From positions 1 to 64,000 of the IMG/VR virus record IMGVR_UViG_3300032668_000011: a stretch of 64,000 nt of DNA. One strand, given 5' to 3'. The translations under genes were made by a program, and so were the position numbers. How positions within the stretch are numbered: position 1 is the stretch's first letter; every line of letters starts with the position of its first letter. Source of the stretch: an uncultured virus (IMG/VR IMGVR_UViG_3300032668_000011). Lineage: Duplodnaviria; Heunggongvirae; Uroviricota; Caudoviricetes. The notes beneath the pieces are model-generated. The model saw only the letters and a list, made by a program, of their open reading frames with translations, was not told where the DNA came from and made no database searches. Positions 20,433-31,582 of this stretch are shown in pieces.

Positions 20433-23309
20433 ATGGCTAACGCTGTCACCACGAACTACCCTCTTTTCTCTTCGAATGACATGTTCAGTGCCATCTGGAA
20501 GCTGACGCGCACGATGTTGTCTGCAGGTTGGAGGTACAAGGGCAGCGGTAACGGACAGAACTTGTACGGAACTGGCACGTCGGGCACAGGAGGCGCATAC
20601 ATCGCATCATCATTTAATTGCGCACGAAGTGGCGGCGGTGCCAGCGTTGTTGCGTTCTCGTCAAACATCATGACGATCACAGTGCCGAACAACTATACCG
20701 GTACAGGGAACATACAAGGCACGATATCTGTCACGAACGGTTCGACAACTATCAGTTTCTCTGCGAACCAAACGCTTCCTGTGGGCGGCGCATTCGTGTT
20801 CAACACGTCGTCTCAACCTTCAACATTGTACTTCAACTCAGCTGCGATCTCAAACACAAATACACTAACATTAGCAACGAACTTCACCGGCACAACGCAG
20901 TCTAGCGTTGCAGCATCATACCTGTTTGCGCTACCTGGAACAGTCACCCTATCGGGGTCAACGTCTGTCACAACGTCAAGTTCATGGGTAGGCATTGTTA
21001 CGCCTGGCGAGCAGATCGTGTTCAGTCCGCAACCCGGCACAACGTACACTGTCACTGCAGTGACATCATCTACAGTCACGTTGAGCAGCTCATACACGGG
21101 GTCGACTGGTTCAGGAAAGTACGCAGTTGTCACGTCAACGTTGAACGCAGGAATGATCGGGCAGTACGTCACGTTGTCAGGCGCGGCAAATTCATCCGGA
21201 ACGATCAACGGTACATGGCGAATCACAGGGATCAGCACAACTGCAAATTCATTCACTGTGTACAATGCCGCTGGGGCGTCTACAGACTCAAACAACGGAT
21301 CGATTAACTGGGCATGCATCCTTGATGCTGCAGGTGATCAATGGGGCGCCGGCGGTGCAGTCAATCTTAGCAACGCTGGACGTATATCAAACTCTGGTGC
21401 AGGCGTCGGATTAGCAGCTGCGGGTACCGGTACGTCGGGATTGTCAGTTGTCACGGGCATCACAGGCGCCACACAGGCATCCGTGGGTGACTATCTGACG
21501 ATCACGGGTTCAAGTGCAACCGGCGGTCCAAACAACTCAACAGGAACAAATAACGGCTCCTGGCGCATCGTTGCGGTGTCAACCGCCGGTACGTCATGCA
21601 CGGTGTACGCGCCTGGGATGGTTGCAGAGACAGGTAATGCATCGCTAAATGTTGTCGAGCAATACGGCGGCGCCGGAGCTAGCATCACATCATTCTCGTC
21701 GACAACAAGTGGTCAGTCAACACTCATGACGTTGACCGGCCTCAGCGGACTGTCATCATCAGACGTCGGACGTTTCATCACGCTTATCAACCCGACCAGC
21801 GTAAGCAACATCGGCTCATTTTTGATTGTGTCAGTGCTATCATCATCGAGTTGCCTCATCTACAACCCGAACGCCACTGCAAGCGATGCTCACAACGGCA
21901 GCATTCAATGGGTCGAGTACAGCACGTTGAGCCAGACATACCCACTCTACATCCAGAGCACTACCGGAGGCAGCGCATGGATCGACCTACAAGGTCCTAC
22001 GATCATGAAGATCCCTATCGGTACGAATGTACCTTCTGGCACTTTCATTCGTGGTGAGAACGTCACGCAAACGAGTTCAGGCGCGCAAGGTGAGCTTTTG
22101 GGAATCGTGCAGGACGCTACAGGTGGCGCCGGTTTCCTAGTCATCGCTCCTCGTGTTGTTGGCACAGGAAGTTACGCTAGTCCAGTCGCAACATATGGGT
22201 GGAATAACACAGCGAATGTTGACACAGTCACCGGAAGTTGGTCAGGTGCAACGGTCAACACTCCTGCTTCAAGCGTTCCAATCGCATACGTACGTGAAAC
22301 TGTCATCTGGAAGAACTACAACAACTCTGGCATCATCTGGCACCAGTGTATCGATCAGAATTCATCAACCGAGAGTGCAATCACACCGAACACGGGTCGT
22401 CTATCGACAATGGCGAACACGCTTCCACAGATGACAGGAAACATGGCGCCGGGAGGATCCGGTGGTTCGAACAACCCAACGCTAAATGGATTTTCGAATA
22501 ATTGGGTCGGGACGTACTGCGTCATGGGATACTGCGGTCAGGGTACGCCGTTTGGAAGCGCGCCTGTAAACAATGCGTGGGCGTATTGGCCCGGGTGCAT
22601 AAACATCTCGCCTGGAACTGGCAAGGCACAATTGCTAGTTGCGAACTGCGTTGAACAACAAGGAATTTCCGCCGATGGAACATGGCTCTACCTTCAGGGC
22701 GTTCCATCGACGGGCTACCAGTGCTTGTCATATCTACGACTAGACAATCAGGAAGACGGTGATCTTGATCCGTACGTGCACCAAGCACATTATAACGGTT
22801 CATTGAACGGTGCTGCAACAAGAATCATCAGTACGAATGCAACCAGTGGGTCGGGGAGCACGACAGACAACATGAACACTGCAGCAGCGTGGAATAACTC
22901 CACAGCCTCGCATGGATTCACAGGATTCCGTCGAAGAGGTTTGCTTGGCGAAACGTTCAATAATTTCAGCGTTGCTATCCTCAGAGATTATGCATCATCA
23001 AATTATCCGATAACGACAAACACGTCAAATCCTGACACGGTGAGTCATGCAGTGACATCAACGTGGGTGCGTGAGCCATTTTGGTTGTACTTGACACCAT
23101 TTCCCAACAATCTCGCGTCAGGTCGTATGCGAAAGGGCACACCCCGTTGGTTACAGTTGGTCGAGTCCTATCAGACAAACGGCACGGCAATGGCAGTCAA
23201 TTCTACGTTCGACAGTGCTGAATGGGTAGTTCTATCACCGACTTCAAACGCATCATTCACTGTGGGTCTATTCGATGGTGGCACTAGCAACGGCGCCCCC
23301 ATATTCTGA
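20433..23309 (+). CDS. Tail fibre / receptor-binding protein, paralog 1
   Basis: Shares WKLxRTxxxAGW, RGENV..GAQGE and RMRKGTPRW blocks with the next two ORFs. Confidence 0.65.
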   Translation: MANAVTTNYPLFSSNDMFSAIWKLTRTMLSAGWRYKGSGNGQNLYGTGTSGTGGAYIASSFNCARSGGGASVVAFSSNIMTITVPNNYTGTGNIQGTISVTNGSTTISFSANQTLPVGGAFVFNTSSQPSTLYFNSAAISNTNTLTLATNFTGTTQSSVAASYLFALPGTVTLSGSTSVTTSSSWVGIVTPGEQIVFSPQPGTTYTVTAVTSSTVTLSSSYTGSTGSGKYAVVTSTLNAGMIGQYVTLSGAANSSGTINGTWRITGISTTANSFTVYNAAGASTDSNNGSINWACILDAAGDQWGAGGAVNLSNAGRISNSGAGVGLAAAGTGTSGLSVVTGITGATQASVGDYLTITGSSATGGPNNSTGTNNGSWRIVAVSTAGTSCTVYAPGMVAETGNASLNVVEQYGGAGASITSFSSTTSGQSTLMTLTGLSGLSSSDVGRFITLINPTSVSNIGSFLIVSVLSSSSCLIYNPNATASDAHNGSIQWVEYSTLSQTYPLYIQSTTGGSAWIDLQGPTIMKIPIGTNVPSGTFIRGENVTQTSSGAQGELLGIVQDATGGAGFLVIAPRVVGTGSYASPVATYGWNNTANVDTVTGSWSGATVNTPASSVPIAYVRETVIWKNYNNSGIIWHQCIDQNSSTESAITPNTGRLSTMANTLPQMTGNMAPGGSGGSNNPTLNGFSNNWVGTYCVMGYCGQGTPFGSAPVNNAWAYWPGCINISPGTGKAQLLVANCVEQQGISADGTWLYLQGVPSTGYQCLSYLRLDNQEDGDLDPYVHQAHYNGSLNGAATRIISTNATSGSGSTTDNMNTAAAWNNSTASHGFTGFRRRGLLGETFNNFSVAILRDYASSNYPITTNTSNPDTVSHAVTSTWVREPFWLYLTPFPNNLASGRMRKGTPRWLQLVESYQTNGTAMAVNSTFDSAEWVVLSPTSNASFTVGLFDGGTSNGAPIF

Positions 23310-23315
23310 AAACAC

Positions 23316-25424
23316 ATGGCAAACGCTTGCGATCCAAACTTTAGCATCCTCAACACTTCTGGCTCATCGTCAGAGTACTTCTGCGCGATGTGGAAGTTGA
23401 GCCGTACGCTCATCTCGGCCGGCTGGAGGTACAAGTCATCGGGTAACGGACAAACGTCCGGTGTCAAAGACACGTCTGCGAATGAAGCCACTGACCAGTG
23501 GGCCGTCGGCGGCGCAGTGAATTTGACATCTGCAGGACGCATATCGAACTCCGGTTCAGGAATTTCGATCGCAGCCGCTAGCGCTAGCACAGGTCTCGCA
23601 GTAATTTCAGGCATCACGAGCGCGAACAGTTACTCTGTGGGAGACTATCTCACGATCACAGGTTCAACTTCGCAAGGTGGCGCAACAATCTCAGGCACGA
23701 GCGTCATAGGCACAAACAACGGATCGTATCGAATCACTGCACAGACAGGAACTACAGTCACAGTGTACGCTCCCGGCATGGTTGCAGAAACTGGAAATTC
23801 CGCGCTGGCTGTCGTTGAACAATTTGGAGGAGCTAGCGCTCAGATAACGTCATTCTCGACTGTCACGACAAGTGGAGGAAATGGTCAGTCGACCCTCATG
23901 ACAGTCACGGGCCTAAGCGGCCTGTCGAGTGCCGACGTTGGTCGAGTGATCACGATCATCAACGCTTCGTCTGGTGCTAACAATGGCACGTTCCTGATCG
24001 TGACTGTGTTGTCGTCATCCAGTTGCCTCATCTACAACCCAAATGCAGTTGCAAGCGATGCGCAGAACGGCGTCGGAATTCAATGGGTCGAAGTTGATCC
24101 CAATGCTATGCTGTACCCTGCATACTTTGCCGGCAGCTCAGGGGTAGGCGCATGGATCAACCTTCAAGGCCCTACGATCTTGAAGATCCCGATCGGTACG
24201 AACCTTCCCACAGGGTCGTTCGTACGTGGTGAAAACGTCATTCAGACAGGCACCGGTGCTCAAGGTGAGATGTTGGGAATTGTCACCGACTCTTCTGGAG
24301 GCACGGGATATCTCGTCATTGCTCCAAGAACTGTTGGAACTGGTGCGTCTGCTGGTTCAATCGCGTTGTATGGTTGGAACATCTCTGGCACTGACACGAT
24401 CACAGGAGGTTGGTCAGGCGCAACCGTGACGTCAACGTCCGGACCTCCAGTAGCATACGTCTCCGAGATGATCATCTGGAAAGGCAGCGCAACGACAGGA
24501 CACATCTATCACCAACGTGTTGATCAGAACGCTGCGGGTGAAAGCAACACAACTTCAACGACCGGTCGTTTTTCAACGATGTCGACATTGTCGTATGCAA
24601 CGTCATTGATCCCACCTGGTGGTGCAACCGGTGGATCGCCTGTCACAGGAGGTTTTGCGTCTGCATGGACGGGTACCTACGTAGTCATAGGAACGGGTGG
24701 ATCAGGCGCCGGAGGTACGAGCGCTGCATTGTGGCCAGGGACGCAGACGCCAACAAATCCGGGAAAAGCGCACCTCATTGCTGCGAACTGTGTTGAACAA
24801 CAGGGAGTTTCTGCGGACGGAACGTGGTTGTACCTGCAATCATGCAATAGTGCAGGCTACCAATGCCTGTCATATCTTAGGATGGACAACCAAGAAGACG
24901 GCGATCTAGATCCGTATGTTCATCAGTTACATGGCCTTTCAGCGATCAGCAGCACCGCGAGTCGTACAGCAGATGTAGGAAATACAAACGTCGGATCGCA
25001 AACTGACAACATGAACGCCGTGAACGCATGGTTCAACAACACAGGATATCATGGGTTCAAGGGATTTCGCCGGCGTGGATTGTCAAGCGAGACATTCAAC
25101 TACTTCAGTGTTGCGTTATTGTACGATTACGCAAATGCTTCATGGCTCACAGAGAACTCAAACAGTGGGAATCCAGATCAGATAGGTTCGAACATTGCAA
25201 CGACAAGTGTTAGAGACGTGTTCTGGTTGTGGCTGACACCTTTCACTGCGCAGCTAGCGTCCGGACGCATGCGAAAAGGAACTCCTCGTTGGATGCAGAT
25301 CATACAATCAAACACGGGTGTACACACAACGTTTGATTCCAAATTGTGGGTTGCACTTTCATCGTCACCCTACACTACGTTCGTAGTTGGTCCATGGGAT
25401 GGAACGACAACTCCCATGTTTTGA
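23316..25424 (+). CDS. Tail fibre / receptor-binding protein, paralog 2
   Basis: Same conserved blocks; shortest copy. Confidence 0.65.
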   Translation: MANACDPNFSILNTSGSSSEYFCAMWKLSRTLISAGWRYKSSGNGQTSGVKDTSANEATDQWAVGGAVNLTSAGRISNSGSGISIAAASASTGLAVISGITSANSYSVGDYLTITGSTSQGGATISGTSVIGTNNGSYRITAQTGTTVTVYAPGMVAETGNSALAVVEQFGGASAQITSFSTVTTSGGNGQSTLMTVTGLSGLSSADVGRVITIINASSGANNGTFLIVTVLSSSSCLIYNPNAVASDAQNGVGIQWVEVDPNAMLYPAYFAGSSGVGAWINLQGPTILKIPIGTNLPTGSFVRGENVIQTGTGAQGEMLGIVTDSSGGTGYLVIAPRTVGTGASAGSIALYGWNISGTDTITGGWSGATVTSTSGPPVAYVSEMIIWKGSATTGHIYHQRVDQNAAGESNTTSTTGRFSTMSTLSYATSLIPPGGATGGSPVTGGFASAWTGTYVVIGTGGSGAGGTSAALWPGTQTPTNPGKAHLIAANCVEQQGVSADGTWLYLQSCNSAGYQCLSYLRMDNQEDGDLDPYVHQLHGLSAISSTASRTADVGNTNVGSQTDNMNAVNAWFNNTGYHGFKGFRRRGLSSETFNYFSVALLYDYANASWLTENSNSGNPDQIGSNIATTSVRDVFWLWLTPFTAQLASGRMRKGTPRWMQIIQSNTGVHTTFDSKLWVALSSSPYTTFVVGPWDGTTTPMF

Positions 25425-25444
25425 TACTTGAGAGATAGAGAATC

Positions 25445-28420
25445 ATGGCAAACGCAGCAACAGTCAACCTTGTCGAACAAAACAATGGTGAATTGTTCCA
25501 CGCAATCTGGAAGTTGACGCGGACGATGCTCGCTGCTGGGTGGCAATACAAAGCAAGCAGCCTGGCGCTGACAAACACGACGTGGTGGTACAACTATTAC
25601 GAAACGAGCTACTATTCTCAGAACGTATACGGCGGATCGATATCGAGCACCGTGAACGCCGCGCAACAGTACACAGGCGCTAGCGTCACTGCGTATTCAT
25701 CGTCATTGATGACACTCACGATACCTGCGATACCGTTCTGTGGAGTACCACAGCCAAATACTTGCACGTGCACCAACGGTAGCCCAAACGTTACTGGGAT
25801 ACCAACCAATACTGCATGTAGCGCAGGCGATATTTTTACGTTCGTTCCTAGCACGTCAACAAGAAATCCTGGTTCAACGACGTTCTACGTCTGCTCAACG
25901 AATGAAAACGGAACTACGACGATTCCACTAACGACAAACTTCGGAGGTACGACCGGTACGTACATCTTCTCAAGGTTGTCATGTATCGGCGGCCCAAACT
26001 CTGGCGGCCCGTGCACATTCACGCTGGCGGCGTCATCATCAGTCACGACATCAGTCAACACGATTGGGTGGATCAACGTCGGCGATCAGATCATGTTCAG
26101 TTCACAGTTGAACACGTACTACACTGTCACGGCAGTGACCTCAAGCTCGATCACACTCAACACTTCATACACGGGAACTACAGGTTCAGGGAAGTACGGC
26201 TACCTGGTATCGAATGGGTTCAACGCATCGTGTGTTGGACAAAACGTGACGATCTCTGGTGCTGCGAACTCGTCCGGAACGATCAATGGAACGTACCTGA
26301 TCATTGCGCAACCAACGTTCAATACCATTCAAGTGTACAATCCTTCGGGTGCGTCTACCGACTCAAACAATGGTTCGATTGCGCTGACACTCGTGAAGGA
26401 TGCAGCGCTTGACCTGTGGGGCGTTGGAGGTGCAGTGAACATCCAGAACGTGTCGGGTACACACGGTTCTGGGTCTGGGACAGGCGTCACGATCGTACCA
26501 GGAGGTCCGTACAACGGTACGTACGGTTACGTTCAGAATTCAGGCATCATGGGATATGTCACCATCACAGGCGTGACAGGCTTCTCACAGACTGCATCAC
26601 CCGGCAGGTACGTCACCATCACGGGTTCAACGCAATTGTATAGCGGCGGCGCAACGCTTTTTTCAAACAATGGAAGCTATCGTATCGTTTCTGCAAATTC
26701 TGCCGGAACATCCGTCGTCATATATGCGCCACAATTGATCCCAGAGACGGGAAATTCATCGTTGACTGTCGTTGAGCAGTATGGCGGCGCAGATGGGACA
26801 CTTGGCGCATTCTCAACGCTGAGTCCTTCGGGAACCGGTCAGTCGACCCTCATCAATTTCACCACCTCAACGTTCACAGGATTCACAGCGTCTGATGTTG
26901 GCAAGAGGATCACAATTCTCAACGCTACGAACACGCTCACGAACAGCAACACGTTCACAATCGCTCAGTACGTCTCAAGCAACAACGTGTTACTCTATGG
27001 GCCAGGGTGCACTGCAAGCGACAGCAATACGTCATTGCAGTGGGTTGAAACTGATCCTCTTCAACAAACATACAGTTCGAACTGGTGGGGTAACGGCTGC
27101 AGCGGATCATGGATTATTCTTCAGGGACCGTCGACGATCAAGGTCCCCATCGGTAACAACACTTCGACGGGCGTGCTAATTCGTGGTGAGAATGTTGTCC
27201 AATCCTCGACGGGCGCGCAAGGTGAACTTCTAGGTTACAACTATGATCCCACGGGAGGTGGTCAGGGCTACTTGGTGATCGCGCCGAGGGTTGTTGGCAC
27301 CGGGTCGAGCGGTTGGTCAGGCTGCCTGTACGGATGGAATAATTCCGGCACTGACACTGTGACGGGCGGAATTTCTGGTGCGACGGTCACAACAACGGCA
27401 GGTCCACCTGTAGTGTACGTCCGCGAGATGATGATTCAGAAATTTTCATCCTCGACGGGAAACGTCTACTACCAGTGCATCGATCAAAACCCATTGACTG
27501 AAAGCGCTACGACGCCTGTCACCGGTAGGTTCTCTACGATGGCGAATACGCTTACACAGTCGTGGGGGTGCATAAGTCACATCGTCGCCCCGGGCGGAAG
27601 TTTCTATCAGAATGCTGGTTCATTGCTAAATGCATTGCCGCGCTATGGCACCATGGTCATGATAGGCTGGACTGGAACGGGCGTTCCAACATACTATGCT
27701 GCAACGACGTACGGAACCTCCACGTATGGTTATTGGACAGGTTGCTCTAACGTTGGTAGTGAATGGGGTGCTCGTGCGCATACGCTCGTTGCGAACAACA
27801 TAGAGCAACAAGGAATATCGCAAGACGGATCGTGGATCTACTTGCAGTCTGCATACTACTCGGGCAACCCATCTGCGTACCTCGGAATGGCATGCCAACG
27901 TCTAGACAATCAAGAGGACGGAGATGTCGATCCGTATGCTTGTCAGGTGATGTCGAGTTACACACCGGCCACCGCAGTAGCCACTGCATGCGGCACAACT
28001 AACATAAATAATGCTGACAATTACTCGCTACCGAACGTGATATGGTCAAGCTATTCTCAATGGCGCGGGTTTCGTCGTCGTGGCATGGGACAAGGTGACA
28101 ACTTTTATGGGTTGCAAATGGCGTACCTGTACGATCCGTATCAAGGAACTTACATCATGGGAACTTCCAATGGTGGCATTCCAGATCAAGTTGCAACTGC
28201 ATTCACGCCGACAAACGTACGAGAGCCGATATGGCTGTACATCGGAGGAACAGCCGGCTATCCTCGCATGCGAAAAGGAACTCCTAGGTGGATGATGCTT
28301 TCACAAGGTACATTCTCTAACCAGACGTTTGACAGCATGAAGTGGATCAGTCTCTCAAACTCTGGGAACGCACAGTTCGTTGTGGGTCCATGGGATGGCG
28401 CGACAGTTCCTACGTTCTGA
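25445..28420 (+). CDS. Tail fibre / receptor-binding protein, paralog 3
   Basis: Same conserved blocks; Cys/Tyr-richer. Confidence 0.65.
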   Translation: MANAATVNLVEQNNGELFHAIWKLTRTMLAAGWQYKASSLALTNTTWWYNYYETSYYSQNVYGGSISSTVNAAQQYTGASVTAYSSSLMTLTIPAIPFCGVPQPNTCTCTNGSPNVTGIPTNTACSAGDIFTFVPSTSTRNPGSTTFYVCSTNENGTTTIPLTTNFGGTTGTYIFSRLSCIGGPNSGGPCTFTLAASSSVTTSVNTIGWINVGDQIMFSSQLNTYYTVTAVTSSSITLNTSYTGTTGSGKYGYLVSNGFNASCVGQNVTISGAANSSGTINGTYLIIAQPTFNTIQVYNPSGASTDSNNGSIALTLVKDAALDLWGVGGAVNIQNVSGTHGSGSGTGVTIVPGGPYNGTYGYVQNSGIMGYVTITGVTGFSQTASPGRYVTITGSTQLYSGGATLFSNNGSYRIVSANSAGTSVVIYAPQLIPETGNSSLTVVEQYGGADGTLGAFSTLSPSGTGQSTLINFTTSTFTGFTASDVGKRITILNATNTLTNSNTFTIAQYVSSNNVLLYGPGCTASDSNTSLQWVETDPLQQTYSSNWWGNGCSGSWIILQGPSTIKVPIGNNTSTGVLIRGENVVQSSTGAQGELLGYNYDPTGGGQGYLVIAPRVVGTGSSGWSGCLYGWNNSGTDTVTGGISGATVTTTAGPPVVYVREMMIQKFSSSTGNVYYQCIDQNPLTESATTPVTGRFSTMANTLTQSWGCISHIVAPGGSFYQNAGSLLNALPRYGTMVMIGWTGTGVPTYYAATTYGTSTYGYWTGCSNVGSEWGARAHTLVANNIEQQGISQDGSWIYLQSAYYSGNPSAYLGMACQRLDNQEDGDVDPYACQVMSSYTPATAVATACGTTNINNADNYSLPNVIWSSYSQWRGFRRRGMGQGDNFYGLQMAYLYDPYQGTYIMGTSNGGIPDQVATAFTPTNVREPIWLYIGGTAGYPRMRKGTPRWMMLSQGTFSNQTFDSMKWISLSNSGNAQFVVGPWDGATVPTF

Positions 28421-28432
28421 TCGGAGAAATTG

Positions 28433-28933
28433 ATGACTGATTATGGAAAGTCACAATGCCGTCAGACGGAGAACATAGGCAATTCGCCGTGTGGTCAGAC
28501 AGGTTATCCCTTTGGTTCACGAGGAAATGCGTACCACGAGTATGGCACAGTGAAGGATGTACCGGTCCGCGCATCAAAAGACGGAAATCTATCCAGTTCG
28601 AGCGTGACGCCAGCTGGTTCAGGCTCAACGCAATCAGCCGGTGGACATCACTATTTCCGCCTTTCGACGTTGAAAGATGCTTTAAATCGTTATGGAAAAT
28701 CGAACGGACTGTTCGGTGGAAAGTCAGGAACTTCAGGTGCAACGCAGGCAAACACTGGACCACTACCATTCCCACCATCGTCAGGGGGCACTGTCACGTA
28801 TTACTCAATGCGCAGGACTGACACTGCAGCAGCAAACGGTTACAGTCATTGGGTGAACACGACTGGTGACGCAACTGGGGCGCCGTCGTCTGTTGGATCG
28901 GTTGGCCCTCCTGTCATCATCACAACGTTCTGA
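28433..28933 (+). CDS. Hypothetical virion-associated protein
   Basis: GGAG SD, ATG at 28433, in the structural operon. Confidence 0.6.
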   Translation: MTDYGKSQCRQTENIGNSPCGQTGYPFGSRGNAYHEYGTVKDVPVRASKDGNLSSSSVTPAGSGSTQSAGGHHYFRLSTLKDALNRYGKSNGLFGGKSGTSGATQANTGPLPFPPSSGGTVTYYSMRRTDTAAANGYSHWVNTTGDATGAPSSVGSVGPPVIITTF

Positions 28934-28974
28934 CAGTGGATACGTATGAAACACGCTAACGTGAAGGAAGAACA

Positions 28975-31581
28975 GTGAGCTACAATGCCGTCATACAGGT
29001 GATTGGATCGCAAGGACCACAAGGCCCTGCTGGACCCAAGTCTCCCCTCGTTGACGGTGGAAATCAGGCATATGCCACGTCATCAGTCGCGTTTGATTCC
29101 CAGGGACAGTACGCCTCAGCGTTTGGAACTGACATCTTTCACTACGTCTCAGGTACACAAGGCCTAGGGCCAAATGCATCAGGAAGGCAGGTATTTGCGC
29201 TCGGCGGCGACATGTACTCCTCAGGCTCGGGCATCTTCGCCCAGGGCTTGACCGGCAGCATCACTCAACTTTCCAATGGAAATCCATTTCTTGTGGGAAT
29301 GGGTAACATCACCGTCCTTACGAATTCATTGGGTCAGATCGTTGTCAGCGGCTCGGGCGGCACGCCCACTGTCACAAACGTCACAGGCTCCGGAGGGACG
29401 AGCGTTTCAAACATCGGATCGATCTTCACGGTTTCTTCTTCAGTCGGCGTGCTGAGCGTCATCCCGCAAGGGGGACTCGCTGCGTCGATTGCCGGATCAA
29501 CGCTCACCGTCTCTGGTTCTGCGGGTGTGTTGAGCGTTGTACCGCATGGTGGAACTTCCGCGTCAATCACTGGAACTGCGTTGACTGTCTCGAGCTCTAT
29601 TGTGTCGGTCAGTGGACAAGGAGGTACGTCAGTCACTAACGGTGGTGGAACAACGTTCACTGTGTCATCTTCTGCGGGAGTCTTGAGCGTAGTTCCACAA
29701 GGCGGAATTGCTGCGTCAATCACTGGCACGGCCTTGACTGTCTCTGGATCTGCAGGCGTATTGAGTGTGGTTTCGCAAGGTGGAACATCCGCATCAATCA
29801 CGGGAACTGCGCTCACGGTATCTTCGTCAGTGGGTGTGCTCAGCGTAATCCCACAAGGAGGACTAGTTGCGTCGATCGCAGGGTCAGCACTGACGGTCTC
29901 GGGCACAGTGGGAGTGCTAGGCGTTGTCTCTCAAGGCGGAACACACGCATCGATCGCCGGCTCAATGCTCACAGTCTCTAGCTCAGTCGGTGCGAATGCA
30001 TATTCATCGTACGTCGTGACCAATCCAGACGGTGAAAATCCAAATGAAAGATCGCTTGTTGGCAGAGGGTCTGTTCAAACGATCGACAATGGATCTGGCA
30101 ATGCGTTCGTACTGCTTGTCACGGGAACGTTGCAGGATACGGGAGCAGGTCAACTCTTCACAACAAGTTCGATCAGGTCAACGACAGGTCTTACAGGAAG
30201 CCTGACGCAGGTCTCTGCAGGAAATCCATTCCTGCTTCCAGGCACGAACGTCACGCTCTCCGCAAATCCTGCAGGGCAATGGACTATCTCTGCAGCTACT
30301 GGCAGCGGAGGTGGGGGTGGAGGAGGTTCCGGTGTTGACCCGTACGCTAGCTACGTCGTATTTTCGACAACAGGTTCACTAGCGAATGAAAGAACGTTGG
30401 CAGCAGGAGCAGGAATTTCGCTCACCGACGGAGGTCCTGGTGGGTTGTTGACGATCGGGAATACGGGTGGTGGTTCGTCAGGCTCGTGGACAACTTACGT
30501 TAATCTGACCGGCTACTATCAGTATGTACCGTACGATGGGCCAACAGACGTAATTCCCAGTACTGTGATCGTATCAGGCAGCGACAATAGTTTCTCTGGC
30601 GTTCAGTATTACATGCCAACAGGGACACCTTTCATCACAGTGATGTCGTCAACGTTGCCGTCTTCTGACGTAGCAGTGTTCATGACCGGAAGTTATCCTG
30701 GCGATGGTACGACCTTCAACACTCTTAATCCCACGCTCGTGTACTCAGACGGAACGAACATGTTTTCCTCGTTTGAGTGTCCGAACGGCGAGTATGACCT
30801 ATCGGTGATCAAAACCGTGGGTGGTGTCTATCCGCATGGTGGGCCGATGGCGAGGTACGTTTCATCTCTTGGCGGGATGAATCGTTATGCATACACAACA
30901 ATGCCGTACATCCCAATGTACGGATGCATGCTTAATCCTCAGGACAACGCTGCTAGCTATATTTCTTACCCAAACACCGGTGCTGGGAACACAGATGTTT
31001 TTCCGTACTATCCCACTGACACGCTCGTCTGGCAACATAGTCCTTTGTCAACTTCACCCTACTTTCTTGTGGGTTGGATGGGCCAGACACAGACGGGAGG
31101 GTCACAGACGATCGTCCCGGAGGTCTTCTATCCTGACCCGTATTCACCTGGAAATGCGTGGATTTCACAGCAACAGAGCGAACTAATCATTAGGATCGGA
31201 GAAGCAATCGTTGGTCCCAACGCTCTATTGACTGACTCAGTCACTCTTCCGGACACTGGGAACGGTACTACGACAACTCTAACCGTAGACATGACAGCTA
31301 AGATTAGCTACAGCGATGGAACTGCATCGGATGTGCTCGGTGATTCGTGCTATGGTAAATTCTCAGCTACTTTCACAAGCATCGGTGGCGCTGTAACACA
31401 GTTGGGAACCACTACAACACTTGTGCCAATTGCAAACGCAGCTAGCACTTCAATGGCAGACCTGGTCTTCACCTTGAGTGCGGCCGGCACGGTCGTGTAC
31501 TTACAAACAACGTCAGGTACGTTGATTGGCACTTCGTCGGTCATCGCGCTTCAATTCAAAGTCACCGCAGAGGTAAACTGA
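28975..31581 (+). CDS. Tail fibre protein with short collagen-like triplet, 25-aa repeats and NPNER units
   Basis: GSQGPQGPAGP; repeats; domains shared with 15624..20423. Confidence 0.7.
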   Translation: MSYNAVIQVIGSQGPQGPAGPKSPLVDGGNQAYATSSVAFDSQGQYASAFGTDIFHYVSGTQGLGPNASGRQVFALGGDMYSSGSGIFAQGLTGSITQLSNGNPFLVGMGNITVLTNSLGQIVVSGSGGTPTVTNVTGSGGTSVSNIGSIFTVSSSVGVLSVIPQGGLAASIAGSTLTVSGSAGVLSVVPHGGTSASITGTALTVSSSIVSVSGQGGTSVTNGGGTTFTVSSSAGVLSVVPQGGIAASITGTALTVSGSAGVLSVVSQGGTSASITGTALTVSSSVGVLSVIPQGGLVASIAGSALTVSGTVGVLGVVSQGGTHASIAGSMLTVSSSVGANAYSSYVVTNPDGENPNERSLVGRGSVQTIDNGSGNAFVLLVTGTLQDTGAGQLFTTSSIRSTTGLTGSLTQVSAGNPFLLPGTNVTLSANPAGQWTISAATGSGGGGGGGSGVDPYASYVVFSTTGSLANERTLAAGAGISLTDGGPGGLLTIGNTGGGSSGSWTTYVNLTGYYQYVPYDGPTDVIPSTVIVSGSDNSFSGVQYYMPTGTPFITVMSSTLPSSDVAVFMTGSYPGDGTTFNTLNPTLVYSDGTNMFSSFECPNGEYDLSVIKTVGGVYPHGGPMARYVSSLGGMNRYAYTTMPYIPMYGCMLNPQDNAASYISYPNTGAGNTDVFPYYPTDTLVWQHSPLSTSPYFLVGWMGQTQTGGSQTIVPEVFYPDPYSPGNAWISQQQSELIIRIGEAIVGPNALLTDSVTLPDTGNGTTTTLTVDMTAKISYSDGTASDVLGDSCYGKFSATFTSIGGAVTQLGTTTTLVPIANAASTSMADLVFTLSAAGTVVYLQTTSGTLIGTSSVIALQFKVTAEVN
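29440..29990 (+). repeat. ~75-bp (25-aa) tandem coding repeat, about 7 copies
   Basis: GVLSV(I/V)(P/S)xGGxxASIxGxxLTVSxS repeated; DNA divergent at third positions. Confidence 0.85.
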
Positions 31582-31582
31582 A

